A stretch of 64,000 nt of DNA from an uncultured SAR86 cluster bacterium (GCA_902551185.1 CACDCN010000002.1:22616-86615); one strand, 5' to 3'; shown: positions 16,834 to 27,410, numbered from the stretch's first letter. A program made the numbers and translations. Notes: generated by a model from the letters alone, not told the origin.

Positions 16834-18102
16834 ATGGCAATAACTCTTTCCAAAAAACTTAAACAAAAACAAAATATAAAACTAACCCCTTCTCTGAAAA
16901 AATCTATTGATTTACTGCAGCTGTCAAGGTTTGAACTCATAAAGAAAATTGAAAAGCATGTTATTGAGAATCCATTTATCGAAAAAGAAGATGTAGCTTT
17001 AGATAATCAAGAATCTTACGATCAAGATTTTAATTTTGATATAGAGTCTAAGGCAACTTTGAGAGAAACTCTTATTAAACAATTAGATGATTTTAAAATT
17101 AACAAAAATGAAATCAAGATTTCAAAATTAATAATAGATTGTATTGATGAATCAGGGAAGTTGGCTAATGAGATAAATGAGATTGAAGAGATTTCTAATT
17201 TCTTATTTAAAGAAAATGAAATTACTAATTGTCTAATTAATATAATCCATAAACTTAAGCCTTATGGGGTTGGCTATAGAGACTATAAAGAATGTATAAA
17301 GATACAAATCAATAACCGCCCTCTTCCAAACAAAAAAAAGTCATTAATAAACAGCATCCTTTCAAATGAAAAAATGGATGACATACAACAAATAAAAGAT
17401 TCATTTTTAAAGGAAGGTTATTCAGAAGAAATCTTCAATGATGCACTGGATGAAATAAAAAACTGTGACTTAAGTCCTGGGCTTAATTTTGAAAGAATTG
17501 AATTTATAGCTGCAGATTTAAAAATTATTATTAAAGATAAGGGCATGAATGTAGATTTTATAGATGAAAGCTTTCCAATAATTAAGATCGATAATGAACT
17601 TATTGAGAATGTTAAACAAGAATTGAAATCAGAAAAGAATAAAGATTTATTAGAAAAAATTAATGAAGCAAAATGGCTCCTATCATCTGTAAAAAAAAGA
17701 AATGACACTGTCCAAAAAGTAGGAGAATATATCTGTTCAAAACAGATTAATTTCTTTGGAGATAATCCCTTAAAAATAAATACATTAAGCAATAAAGAAA
17801 TTGCAGAGGCTATAGGATTTCATCCATCAACTATCTCTAGAATACTTCGGCATAAATATATAGATACTCCAAAAGGGATAATGCCTTTGAAAGAACTTTT
17901 AATTACATCTGTATCCAAAACTAAAAATGTTTCATCATTGCAATTAATGAAATTAATTAAAGATACTATCGCTTCTGAAAAAAAACCTAAAAGTGACAGA
18001 AAGATAGCGATTGAACTGAATAAAAAAGGGTTAAATTTAGCAAGAAGAACTATTTCTAAATATAGAAAAAAAAATAATATACCCTCTTCTCGATTTAGGT
18101 AA
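16834..18102 (+). CDS. rpoN: RNA polymerase sigma-54 factor
   Basis: Region I (LKLTPSLKKSIDLLQLSRFEL), HTH (EIAEAIGFHPSTISR) and RpoN box (ARRTISKYR). It follows lptB. Confidence 0.93.
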   Translation: MAITLSKKLKQKQNIKLTPSLKKSIDLLQLSRFELIKKIEKHVIENPFIEKEDVALDNQESYDQDFNFDIESKATLRETLIKQLDDFKINKNEIKISKLIIDCIDESGKLANEINEIEEISNFLFKENEITNCLINIIHKLKPYGVGYRDYKECIKIQINNRPLPNKKKSLINSILSNEKMDDIQQIKDSFLKEGYSEEIFNDALDEIKNCDLSPGLNFERIEFIAADLKIIIKDKGMNVDFIDESFPIIKIDNELIENVKQELKSEKNKDLLEKINEAKWLLSSVKKRNDTVQKVGEYICSKQINFFGDNPLKINTLSNKEIAEAIGFHPSTISRILRHKYIDTPKGIMPLKELLITSVSKTKNVSSLQLMKLIKDTIASEKKPKSDRKIAIELNKKGLNLARRTISKYRKKNNIPSSRFR

Positions 18103-18126
18103 TTCTTTTCAGGTTAAAATGAAGAA

Positions 18127-19467
18127 ATGGAAAGTTCTAAAAATAAAGATAATCTAAAAATTATATTAGATGATTCATCTGACTTATCGCTCAATCAAAT
18201 AAGAAGGCTTTTAAATAAAATGTCTGCATCAGAAATTGCACATGCCCTTGAATCATCGCCACCTACTCAGAGAACTCTTTTATTTTCATTACTTAAGACT
18301 GAAGAGGAAGGGGATGTTTTATTTGAGTTGGGTGAAGAAATTCAACAGGATCTAGTTTCAAAATTATCTAATGAGGAACTTACAGAAGCAGTAAAAGAAT
18401 TAGAGTTAGATGAAATAGTTGATATTCTTCAGAATTTACCAGAAGAAAGAATGAAAAAAATTCTTTCTAAAATGTCACTAGTAGATAGAAAAAGAATAGA
18501 AATGGGTTTGATCTATCCTGATAATACCGCAGGAGGATTATTAAATACCGATGTAATAAGCGTTAGGCCAAATAATTCCATTGAGGTAGTAATCAGCTAT
18601 CTTAGAGACCAAGGCGAACTTCCAGAAAATACAGATAAGATATTTGTTGTTAATGATGATAATGAATATTTAGGTGAATTATCAATAAGCTCAATTATTA
18701 CTTCAAACCCTTTAAGGATTGTTAAAGAAATAATGGAATCAGATATATCTCCCTTAAAAACTGACCAAGATGATAAAGAGGTTGCAATTCTTTTTGAAAG
18801 AAATGATTTAATTTCATCTCCTGTTATAGATGAAAATAATAAGTTAATTGGAAGGATAACAATTGATGATGTGGTTGATGTTATTAGAGAAGATGCTGAT
18901 CAAAATCTTTTAGGTATGGCAGGTGTTGCAGAAGATACATTTGCTCCACCTGGGAGAGCAGCAAGAAGTAGAGTTTTCTGGTTAACAATGAATCTAATAA
19001 CGGCTTTTATTGCATCAAGTACTATTAATTTATTCCAAGACGTTCTAGATAAAATAGTTTACTTAGCTATATTAATGCCTATTGTTGCAAGTATGGGCGG
19101 CGTTGCAGCTACACAAACTTTAACTATAGTTTTAAGAGGGCTTACACTTGAGCAAATAAACACTTCGAATATTCGATGGTTATTTAAAAGAGAGTTGGCT
19201 GTATCAATATTAAATGGTATTGTTTTATCCTTATTAGTTGGTTTTATAACTTATGCATGGTTTCAAGAAACCATATTGTCTATTCTTATATCTTGTGCAC
19301 TAATAATTAATCTTATTAGTTCGGTGATAGCTGGCATTCTAGTTCCTTTAATTCTTAGAAGGTTTAATCAAGACCCTGCAATTGGAGGAAGTGTGGTTGT
19401 AACAACAGTTACAGATGTTGTTGGATTTCTGTCATTCCTAGGCCTAGCAACTATTTATTTAATCTAA
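18127..19467 (+). CDS. mgtE: Magnesium transporter MgtE
   Basis: MgtE N-domain, CBS pair and C-terminal 5-TM domain (PIVASMGGVAATQT...VTDVVGF). Confidence 0.95.
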   Translation: MESSKNKDNLKIILDDSSDLSLNQIRRLLNKMSASEIAHALESSPPTQRTLLFSLLKTEEEGDVLFELGEEIQQDLVSKLSNEELTEAVKELELDEIVDILQNLPEERMKKILSKMSLVDRKRIEMGLIYPDNTAGGLLNTDVISVRPNNSIEVVISYLRDQGELPENTDKIFVVNDDNEYLGELSISSIITSNPLRIVKEIMESDISPLKTDQDDKEVAILFERNDLISSPVIDENNKLIGRITIDDVVDVIREDADQNLLGMAGVAEDTFAPPGRAARSRVFWLTMNLITAFIASSTINLFQDVLDKIVYLAILMPIVASMGGVAATQTLTIVLRGLTLEQINTSNIRWLFKRELAVSILNGIVLSLLVGFITYAWFQETILSILISCALIINLISSVIAGILVPLILRRFNQDPAIGGSVVVTTVTDVVGFLSFLGLATIYLI

Positions 19468-21807
19468 TCTTTCTATTATTGGCTCTTCTATAGAACCACT
19501 TAATTTAAATTTGAATGTTGAAACATCATCAAGTCTTTCATCAAATATGTTCTCAAAAAATAAACCTCCTGCTAAAGCAGGAATTCCTCCAAAAATTGCA
19601 GCATACCAAGGAATATTTTCAGAAACTTTTAACCTCATCTCAAGATCTAAACTTAATTCGTTTAATAAACCATCTGAATCTTTAATCACTTCCCCCAACC
19701 ATCTCATTTTAGCTTCAGAAGTTTCAACCTTTATAGGATTGCTAATCAATGCTCTATTTTTACCGATATAAAAATTGCCTTCTGCTCTATTTATATATAA
19801 ATTTGGTGAAGTAATACTTGTTTCATTATTTATATTCTCAATAATTGCATTTAAATTAAAAATCTTTAATGCCTTTAGAAATGTTGAATCTGGCAGAGTT
19901 GCTTTAGATTCAAAGTCTTTAATAAGGAATTTAATATTTCCTTCTATATTTTTTAGCTTCTCTAGGCTTACCCATTGAATATTGAGATCGGTTGATAGAA
20001 ATTCAAAATTATAATTTATTAAATCCTCAAAAAGATAATCTGCATTATTTAACTCATAAGACCCTCTTACCTTATACATATCAGTTATATTGTTATAGCT
20101 AATATAAGCTTTATCAATATTATTATATGGCCCTATATTCAAATTTTTACTTGTTATTTTTATATTATCTATAGTGGTTATCTTCTCATTCCTTAATAAA
20201 TAAAAATCAATATCTTGGAAGGTATCATCATATGCTTGTATGTTTTTGCCAACGAATCGAAGATTAACATTTTCAACATTAAAGTTACTTTGAGATTCAA
20301 TAATATCCATGCCTTTAAAATCAAATTTTGTATCATAAACATCAACTCTTATGAATCCAGTACTATCTTCTCTTATTGAACCATTAAGTCCCTGCCCTGA
20401 AAAAATTATATTAAATCCATTGTCTAACAAATTTATTTTTATATTCTGATTTACATATATATTTTTAAAGAAATCAAAATCTTTTATTCTTAAATTAATT
20501 GATCTCAAATTATCAGAATCGCTATCCATTCCATCGATTAATAATTCATTAACATCTAATTTAATAAGGTTTAAATAAATATGGAATCCGTCAGCAGGAT
20601 TATTATTTTTAATTACATTTTCACTATTATTACCAAATATGAAGTAACCATTATTTTTTTCTCCTACAAATGAGTTATATAGATCACTCTTTATAAAATA
20701 AGTTGGTCTTGAAAGGTCAGCAATTTTAATAGAGATATCTAATCTCTCATTCCTAGATTTTTCTAGATCTTTTAAGATTGATGATATGTTTGTATTTAAA
20801 GAATTAGTTTTTAACTCCAATGAAACTTTTCCATCCTTAATTTCTATTTTTGATTTGAATTCTTCATAACCATCTAATGCAAAATATTCTGAATAGTCTA
20901 ATAATTCAGACATTTCATATCTTAAAATTGAACGAAGCACAATTCTTTTATTTTCTACTAACATGGAGCCTTTCAAATCTTGATCTGATAAAGATGATGT
21001 AAATAAGCCAGTCAACTTGTCATCTAAATTTGTAAATAAAATTAAATTGATATCATTAATAAGGTATTCATCAATAGTAATTAACTTGGAATCAATAAAT
21101 TTGTATTTATTTAAACTTTTAAGATTTTCTGTTTCTCTTTCAAAATAACCCATACTTTCAAGATTAAGATTAATTATATAATCTGAAAAATTTTTTAAAT
21201 CGATTAGATTTTCCTCTTGAATCACTTTCTCATTAAAATTAAAAACTCCTGAATAAAAAAACTTATTTGAATCATGTCTATTAAAAATCTTAAGATTCTT
21301 AAAAAAAATATTATTTAACTTTCCATTAAAATTTGTAATTGAAGTGTTTCCATTGATGTTGATGATATAACTTTCATTGCTTTGAAAAATAAAATCATCT
21401 GTTTGAATACTTAAGTTGCCTATTCTTATTTTAAAACTATTTGTTGCTTTGGAGTTTGTTTGATTGCTGGAAGAGATGCCTTCTATCTCTAAAGCATTTA
21501 AATATAAATACCTATTAATGAATGTTCTTAAAAAATCAATACTAAGATATATTTTTTCTACTTTTAAAATTTCTTTACTTGCATTATTTTCTAAAAGTAA
21601 ATTCTTAAAACCCAACTTAAGTTCCAGTAGTTTACTTTCTGAAGACATATCTTGGTAATTTATTTTGTATTCATCTAATAGAAATCTATCTATAAATTGA
21701 ACTAAATTTTCTGGTTTATATATAAATAATGTATAAATTATTAATAAAGACGATACGAAAATTATAAATATTGAGGCCAAACTAATTAATAGTTTCTTTA
21801 TTATCAT
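19459..21807 (-). CDS. YhdP/AsmA-like envelope protein, short form
   Basis: N-terminal TM anchor followed by a long beta-rich region. The C-terminal segment (NIPWYAAIFGGIPALAGGLFFENIF...FKFKLSGSIEEP) resembles the YhdP C-terminus. It lies directly downstream of mreBCD, the yhdP neighbourhood in E. coli and Pseudomonas. Confidence 0.6.
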   Translation of the reverse strand: MIIKKLLISLASIFIIFVSSLLIIYTLFIYKPENLVQFIDRFLLDEYKINYQDMSSESKLLELKLGFKNLLLENNASKEILKVEKIYLSIDFLRTFINRYLYLNALEIEGISSSNQTNSKATNSFKIRIGNLSIQTDDFIFQSNESYIININGNTSITNFNGKLNNIFFKNLKIFNRHDSNKFFYSGVFNFNEKVIQEENLIDLKNFSDYIINLNLESMGYFERETENLKSLNKYKFIDSKLITIDEYLINDINLILFTNLDDKLTGLFTSSLSDQDLKGSMLVENKRIVLRSILRYEMSELLDYSEYFALDGYEEFKSKIEIKDGKVSLELKTNSLNTNISSILKDLEKSRNERLDISIKIADLSRPTYFIKSDLYNSFVGEKNNGYFIFGNNSENVIKNNNPADGFHIYLNLIKLDVNELLIDGMDSDSDNLRSINLRIKDFDFFKNIYVNQNIKINLLDNGFNIIFSGQGLNGSIREDSTGFIRVDVYDTKFDFKGMDIIESQSNFNVENVNLRFVGKNIQAYDDTFQDIDFYLLRNEKITTIDNIKITSKNLNIGPYNNIDKAYISYNNITDMYKVRGSYELNNADYLFEDLINYNFEFLSTDLNIQWVSLEKLKNIEGNIKFLIKDFESKATLPDSTFLKALKIFNLNAIIENINNETSITSPNLYINRAEGNFYIGKNRALISNPIKVETSEAKMRWLGEVIKDSDGLLNELSLDLEMRLKVSENIPWYAAIFGGIPALAGGLFFENIFDERLDDVSTFKFKLSGSIEEPIIERLD

Positions 21808-21809
21808 TT

Positions 21810-22283
21810 TTATTTTCTAATATTTATAAGATTCCCTGAATACATTGAGATAAGTGCAATAAAGATACAAAAGAAAATATTAAATACTGCGCTAACCAAT
21901 AAAGTTAAATATGAAAAATTATATAAATTTAGTATTAATTGGGTAAAACCTACATAAGATGCGGCTGAAAGACCAAAAAAAATACAAATTTGTAAATTAG
22001 AGAATAATTTAAAAGAATTTGAATATATATTTATTAAATATGTCGTTAAACAAAATAATATTGCATTTAATCCAAAATAAGAATTTGATATCAAGTCTAC
22101 AAATAGGCCAAATAAAAAAGCTTCTATCGGATTGATATTTTCATCAGATTTATAAACGTAATATGAATAAAACAAAAAGGTTAAAGGAAAAATTATGTAG
22201 GCTTTTGATAATGCATTAGAAATACTTAATTCAATAAAATTAATAATCGCAATAATAAAGATAACTTTTATATAATTTTTCAT
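21810..22283 (-). CDS. mreD: Rod shape-determining protein MreD
   Basis: Polytopic hydrophobic 157-aa protein. Its start overlaps the mreC stop (1 nt shared). Confidence 0.75.
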   Translation of the reverse strand: MKNYIKVIFIIAIINFIELSISNALSKAYIIFPLTFLFYSYYVYKSDENINPIEAFLFGLFVDLISNSYFGLNAILFCLTTYLINIYSNSFKLFSNLQICIFFGLSAASYVGFTQLILNLYNFSYLTLLVSAVFNIFFCIFIALISMYSGNLINIRK

Positions 22284-23116
22284 TAAAAATTTATAACTCC
22301 AAATAATATACTATCCAAAGGGTTTGAAGATAGTTTAATTTTCAGCTCTGTATTATTTGAGTCAATAACCTTAATATCTTCTAAAATCCCAATTTTTATA
22401 TCTTTTGGGTATATTCCTCCGAAACCAGAAGTTAAAAAATTTTGACCTATTTCCATTTCTTTGTTTGAAATCAATGGATTATAGTTACAAATTAGATAAT
22501 CTGACATTCCACTTCCTCTTGCATTGCAATAAAAATCTTCAGAGACGTTTTTAATCGGCAGTGAATGAGAAACATCTGTAAGTAACATTACTTCTTTGTA
22601 ATTCATTTCATGAATTATATGACCAATAACTCCTGAACTATTAAAAACAACACCCTCAATAAGACTTTCATTGGATTCTGTTAATAATTGAATATGTATT
22701 CTATGTTTATCGCAACAATTAAAAATACCTGGGTCTAAGTTTTTTAATTGGGCCATATGAAATGGCTTATTGAGATTATTTTGATCTAATTCTTCTAAAA
22801 ACTTTTTATCTTTGAAGAATTTACTATCCTGTGATATTAAGTATTTTTCTACATAACTTTTTTCTAGGGCAGTGTGAAGTTCCTTGTTTTCTTTTATTAA
22901 TTTATTCTTAAATTGAAAATGGTTTCTAAAATCCATAATTGGATCTATAGAAAAACTTTTAATAAAAAAATGTGTTGAAATTTGAAATGAATTAAATCCA
23001 TTCTTTATTTTTTGAAAATTATTAGTATTTATATCAACATATAGGATAAAGCCACCTAAAAAAATCAAAAATAAATAGATTATTTTTTGACCAGTGGATG
23101 GCGAAATCCTAGTCAT
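22283..23116 (-). CDS. mreC: Rod shape-determining protein MreC
   Basis: N-terminal TM, a coiled-coil segment, and a C-terminal beta domain (GFGGIYPKDIKIG). It follows mreB. Confidence 0.85.
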   Translation of the reverse strand: MTRISPSTGQKIIYLFLIFLGGFILYVDINTNNFQKIKNGFNSFQISTHFFIKSFSIDPIMDFRNHFQFKNKLIKENKELHTALEKSYVEKYLISQDSKFFKDKKFLEELDQNNLNKPFHMAQLKNLDPGIFNCCDKHRIHIQLLTESNESLIEGVVFNSSGVIGHIIHEMNYKEVMLLTDVSHSLPIKNVSEDFYCNARGSGMSDYLICNYNPLISNKEMEIGQNFLTSGFGGIYPKDIKIGILEDIKVIDSNNTELKIKLSSNPLDSILFGVINF

Positions 23117-23121
23117 TTAGA

Positions 23122-24171
23122 TTACTCTGTAGATAAGAGATCTATATTGTATTTACTCATTATTTCAAGAGCCTGCCCACCCCCTCTAGCAACACATGTT
23201 AATGGATCTTCAGCAATTATTACTGGTATGCCAGTAGAGTTTGATATCAATTTATCTAAGTCTCTTAGTAATGCTCCACCGCCTGTTAATACTATACCTC
23301 TCTCTGCAATATCTGCAGCCAATTCTGGTGGAGAAAGTTCTAAAGCATTTCTTATAGCTCTAACAATTCCATATAAAGGATCTTTCATGGCCTCAAAAAT
23401 CTGTTCACTATTTATTGTGAACGTTTCAGGTATGCCTTCTGCTAAGTTTCTACCAGTTATAGACATTTCAGTTTTATCTGATTCTGCAGTAGCGCATCCA
23501 ATAGTATATTTTATTTTCTCAGCAGTTGAATCTCCTATTACACATCCATAATTTCTTCTAATCCATGAAGTAATAGATTCATCCATTTTATCTCCACCTA
23601 TTTTTACTGATTCAGAGAAAACAACCCCATTAAGAGATAAAATTGCTATTTCAGATGTCCCGCCTCCAATATCAACAACCATATTGCCGCTTGCCTCTTC
23701 AACAGGTAAGCCAGCTCCAATTGCTGCAGCCATTGGTTCTTCAATCAATTTAACATCTCTTGCTCCTGCGCCTAGGACTGATTCTCTAATTGCTCTTCTT
23801 TCTACTTGTGTAGATCGACATGGAACACAAACCAATACTCTTGGACTTGGTTTTATAAATAACTTTTCATGAACTTTTGCAATGAAATGTTGTAACATTT
23901 TTTCGGTTACTTGGAAGTCTGCGATAACGCCTTCTGAAAGAGGTCTTATTGCTTTAATGTTGCCCGGAGTCCTTCCTAACATCTTTTTTGCCTCAGTGCC
24001 AACAGCTACTACAGTTTTTTGCCCTCTAGATTCTCTTATTGCAACCACAGAAGGTTCATTTAAAACTATTCCAACATCTCTGGTATAGATCAAAGTATTT
24101 GCTGTTCCAAGATCTATAGATAAATCATTGGAAAAAGCTCCTCCAACCATCTTAAGTAAGTTAAATTTCAC
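23122..24171 (-). CDS. mreB: Rod shape-determining actin homologue MreB
   Basis: [14 protein letters not shown]...[12 protein letters not shown]...[11 protein letters not shown]. Confidence 0.97.
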   Translation of the reverse strand: MKFNLLKMVGGAFSNDLSIDLGTANTLIYTRDVGIVLNEPSVVAIRESRGQKTVVAVGTEAKKMLGRTPGNIKAIRPLSEGVIADFQVTEKMLQHFIAKVHEKLFIKPSPRVLVCVPCRSTQVERRAIRESVLGAGARDVKLIEEPMAAAIGAGLPVEEASGNMVVDIGGGTSEIAILSLNGVVFSESVKIGGDKMDESITSWIRRNYGCVIGDSTAEKIKYTIGCATAESDKTEMSITGRNLAEGIPETFTINSEQIFEAMKDPLYGIVRAIRNALELSPPELAADIAERGIVLTGGGALLRDLDKLISNSTGIPVIIAEDPLTCVARGGGQALEIMSKYNIDLLSTE

Positions 24172-24253
24172 GTAATTTCCTAAAATAAAATAATTTAATT
24201 AATATGTTAGTTAGGTTAATATCTCCCCACTAAACTATAATAATATCCTATAT

Positions 24254-24535
24254 ATGGACAAGAAAACAGTAACAACTATATCTTACTTATCAAGGCTCAG
24301 GATTGATAAAGAAAAAGAAGAAAAAATCGTTCAGGATCTAGACAATATTATTGAATTTGTTGATCAGCTAAATGATGCTGATACATCCGATGTAGAGCCT
24401 TTAACAAACCCATTAGAAAAGACAGCAAAGACTAGATCTGACCAAATAACTGCTAAAAATCTAAAGAAAGAATTATTAGAGATAGCACCCTCGTCTAACG
24501 ATGATTATTTTCTTGTGCCTAGGGTAGTTGAGTGA
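24254..24535 (+). CDS. gatC: Asp/Glu-tRNA(Asn/Gln) amidotransferase subunit C
   Basis: 93 aa, with LSRLRIDKEKEE...DVEPLTNPL. It precedes gatA and gatB. Confidence 0.93.
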   Translation: MDKKTVTTISYLSRLRIDKEKEEKIVQDLDNIIEFVDQLNDADTSDVEPLTNPLEKTAKTRSDQITAKNLKKELLEIAPSSNDDYFLVPRVVE

Positions 24536-25983
24536 CAATAAAATATAAAACAATAAAAGAAATTAAAAATATGATTTCTCAAAAAGAGATATCAAATAAA
24601 GAAATTATTAAAGAAGTCTTTGACCAGATTCAAGAAAATGAGCACTTAAATGCGTTTATAACACTTAACAAAGAGGCCGCTCTTAAAAAATCTGAAGACT
24701 TAGATAATAATCCCATAGATTTACCTCTTGCAGGAATTCCAATTGCTCAAAAAGATCTTTTTTGTACAAAAGGCCTAAGAACAACTTGCGGGTCAAGAAT
24801 ATTAAATAATTTTATCCCGCCCTATTCAGCAACCGTAATTGAAAATCTTGAAAATGCAGGCTGCATCTCTATTGGTAAAACTAATATGGATGAATTTGCT
24901 ATGGGCTCATCAAATGAAACAAGTTTCTTTGGTAATGTTGAAAACCCATGGGGCAAAAATTTAGTTCCAGGAGGGAGTTCTGGAGGCTCAGCAGCTGCAG
25001 TATCTGCCGGTATAGTTCCAGCAGCATCTGCCACTGATACTGGAGGCTCAATCAGGCAACCAGCTTCACTTTGTGGAATAACAGGTCTTAAACCAACATA
25101 TGGAAGAATCTCTAGATGGGGAATGATTGCTTTTGCTTCAAGTCTAGATCAAGCAGGTCCTATGGCAAGAACAGCAGAAGATTGTGCCCTACTTTTAAAT
25201 CAAATGTGCTCTCATGATAAAAAAGATACAACATCTTTAGATGATGCTATTCCAAATTTTGAAGAAAATCTAAACCAACCCCTAAAAGATAAAAAAATTG
25301 GAATCGTAAAAGATTTAGATTTATCAAGCTTAGACAATGAAGTGGTGAAAGTATATGAAGATTCTTTAAAAGAATTTGAAGCATTGGGCGCTAGTTTAAT
25401 AGATATATCTTTACCAAATCTTTCTCTTTCTGTTCCTACATATTATGTTGTTGCTCCAGCAGAATGCTCATCAAATTTATCAAGATTTGATGGAGTTAAA
25501 TTTGGAAGAAGATCTGAGGATCCTAAGGACTTAGAAGAACTCTATATTAAATCTAGGTCTGAGGGATTCGGTGATGAGGTTAAACGAAGAATCTTAATAG
25601 GCTCATATGTTCTTTCGGCTGGTTACTACGATGCTTATTATAAAAAAGCACAACAAGTTCGAAGACTCATAAAAAATGACTTTGATAAAGCATTTTCTAA
25701 TATAGATGTGATTATGACACCAACCACAAGAGGTCCTGCATTTGAAATGGGTTCTAAAGGTAATGACCCTATTCAAATGTATTTAGAAGATCTATTTACA
25801 ATTTCTGCAAATCTTGCTGGTTTGCCAGCTATATCTATACCAAATGGAAATATTGATAATAAACCTACTGGTATTCAGATAATTGGTAATTTTCTTGATG
25901 AAAGTTCAATCTTAAACTTTGCACATATGTTTCAAACTTCAACAAACTGGCACAAGTATACACCTGAAGGAGTGAAAGAATGA
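24532..25983 (+). CDS. gatA: Glutamyl-tRNA(Gln) amidotransferase subunit A
   Basis: Amidase signature GGSSGGSAAAV...DTGGSIRQPA. The GTG start overlaps the gatC stop. Confidence 0.97.
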   Translation: MTIKYKTIKEIKNMISQKEISNKEIIKEVFDQIQENEHLNAFITLNKEAALKKSEDLDNNPIDLPLAGIPIAQKDLFCTKGLRTTCGSRILNNFIPPYSATVIENLENAGCISIGKTNMDEFAMGSSNETSFFGNVENPWGKNLVPGGSSGGSAAAVSAGIVPAASATDTGGSIRQPASLCGITGLKPTYGRISRWGMIAFASSLDQAGPMARTAEDCALLLNQMCSHDKKDTTSLDDAIPNFEENLNQPLKDKKIGIVKDLDLSSLDNEVVKVYEDSLKEFEALGASLIDISLPNLSLSVPTYYVVAPAECSSNLSRFDGVKFGRRSEDPKDLEELYIKSRSEGFGDEVKRRILIGSYVLSAGYYDAYYKKAQQVRRLIKNDFDKAFSNIDVIMTPTTRGPAFEMGSKGNDPIQMYLEDLFTISANLAGLPAISIPNGNIDNKPTGIQIIGNFLDESSILNFAHMFQTSTNWHKYTPEGVKE

Positions 25984-27407
25984 GCTGGGAAACTGTTATA
26001 GGTTTAGAAATTCATGTTCAGCTTTCAACAAAGTCTAAATTATTTTCTGGAGGATCTACAGAATTTGGAGCTGAATCAAATACACATGTTGATTTAATTG
26101 ATATGGGATTACCAGGAGTTCTACCTGTAGCAAATAAAGAAGCATTTTATAAAGCGATTAGATTCGGGCTTGCAACCGGAGCCAAAATAAATCAAGAATC
26201 TTCATTTGATAGAAAAAATTACTTCTATCCAGATCTTCCAAAAGGATATCAAATTACGCAAATGACAAAGCCTATTGTTGAAAAAGGATCAATTAAAATT
26301 GCAACAGATGAATCTGAAAAGGTTATTAATATTACAAGAGCTCATTTAGAGGAAGATGCAGGAAAATCAATTCATGATTTGTTTGAAGGTAAAACTGGTG
26401 TTGATTTAAATAGAGCTGGTACTCCCCTTTTAGAGATTGTCTCAGAGCCTGAAATATCAAATGCAAAAGAAGCTGTGGCTTATTTTAAAGCAATTAGACA
26501 GCTTGTAACATTCTTAGATATCTGTGATGGGAATATGGCACAGGGATCGATGAGATGTGATGTAAATGTTTCTATTAGAAAAAGTGGTGATAAAAAGCTT
26601 GGAACAAGAGCTGAGTTAAAAAATATCAATTCTTTTAAGTTTATTGAAAAAGCAATTAATTATGAAATTGATCGACAAATAAGAGTTATCGAAAGTGGTG
26701 AGTCTGTAGTTCAAGAGACAAGACTTTATGATAGTGAAAAAAATGAAACTAGGTCTATGCGCTCAAAAGAAGAAGCTAATGATTATAGGTATTTCCCATG
26801 CCCAGATCTTCTTCCGGTAGTAATATCAGATAAAGAACTAAAGGATATTAAAAATAATCTACCAGAACTCCCAGAAGAGAAAGAGAATAGATATATTTCA
26901 GAAATTGGTCTCGAAGAATCAGAAGCAAAAATTATATCTTCATCCAAAACAATGGCTAATATGTTCGAAGAGGCGTCTTCAAAAACTGATGATGCTAAAT
27001 TAATTGCTAAATGGTTAGTTGGAGACATTAGCGCGCTTTTAAATAAAGATAATATAGATATTGAAGAATCTAATTTAACTCCAGAGAACTTTGGGAAATT
27101 AATCAAAAGAATTTCAGATAATACTATCTCTGGGAAGATTGCAAAATCAGTTCTTGAAGAAATTTGGGAAAGTGGTTCTGATGTTGATGAAATAATTAAA
27201 ACGAAAGGACTTGTTCAAATCCAAGATGAATCGATTTTAGAGGAAATAGCCATGAAGATAGTTGAATCAAACCCAGATCAGGTTGCTGCCTATAAAAGCG
27301 GCAAAGATAAACTATTTGGATTTTTTGTTGGTCAAGTTATGAAAGAAACTGGAGGCAAAGCAAATCCTAAAAGCGTTAATGAGATTCTTAAGAAATTATT
27401 AAAATAA
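25980..27407 (+). CDS. gatB: Asp/Glu-tRNA amidotransferase subunit B
   Basis: WETVIGLEIHVQL...NYFYPDLPKGYQITQ...MRCDVNVS. Confidence 0.97.
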   Translation: MSWETVIGLEIHVQLSTKSKLFSGGSTEFGAESNTHVDLIDMGLPGVLPVANKEAFYKAIRFGLATGAKINQESSFDRKNYFYPDLPKGYQITQMTKPIVEKGSIKIATDESEKVINITRAHLEEDAGKSIHDLFEGKTGVDLNRAGTPLLEIVSEPEISNAKEAVAYFKAIRQLVTFLDICDGNMAQGSMRCDVNVSIRKSGDKKLGTRAELKNINSFKFIEKAINYEIDRQIRVIESGESVVQETRLYDSEKNETRSMRSKEEANDYRYFPCPDLLPVVISDKELKDIKNNLPELPEEKENRYISEIGLEESEAKIISSSKTMANMFEEASSKTDDAKLIAKWLVGDISALLNKDNIDIEESNLTPENFGKLIKRISDNTISGKIAKSVLEEIWESGSDVDEIIKTKGLVQIQDESILEEIAMKIVESNPDQVAAYKSGKDKLFGFFVGQVMKETGGKANPKSVNEILKKLLK

Positions 27408-27410
27408 TCT

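Noticed and set aside
23087-23551. 154-aa plus-strand ORF spanning the mreC/mreB junction.
   Set aside because: It lies entirely antisense to the unmistakable mreB and mreC genes. Its translation is low-complexity (S/P/A/I-rich) with no recognisable motif or SD. It is a typical shadow ORF of a conserved gene.
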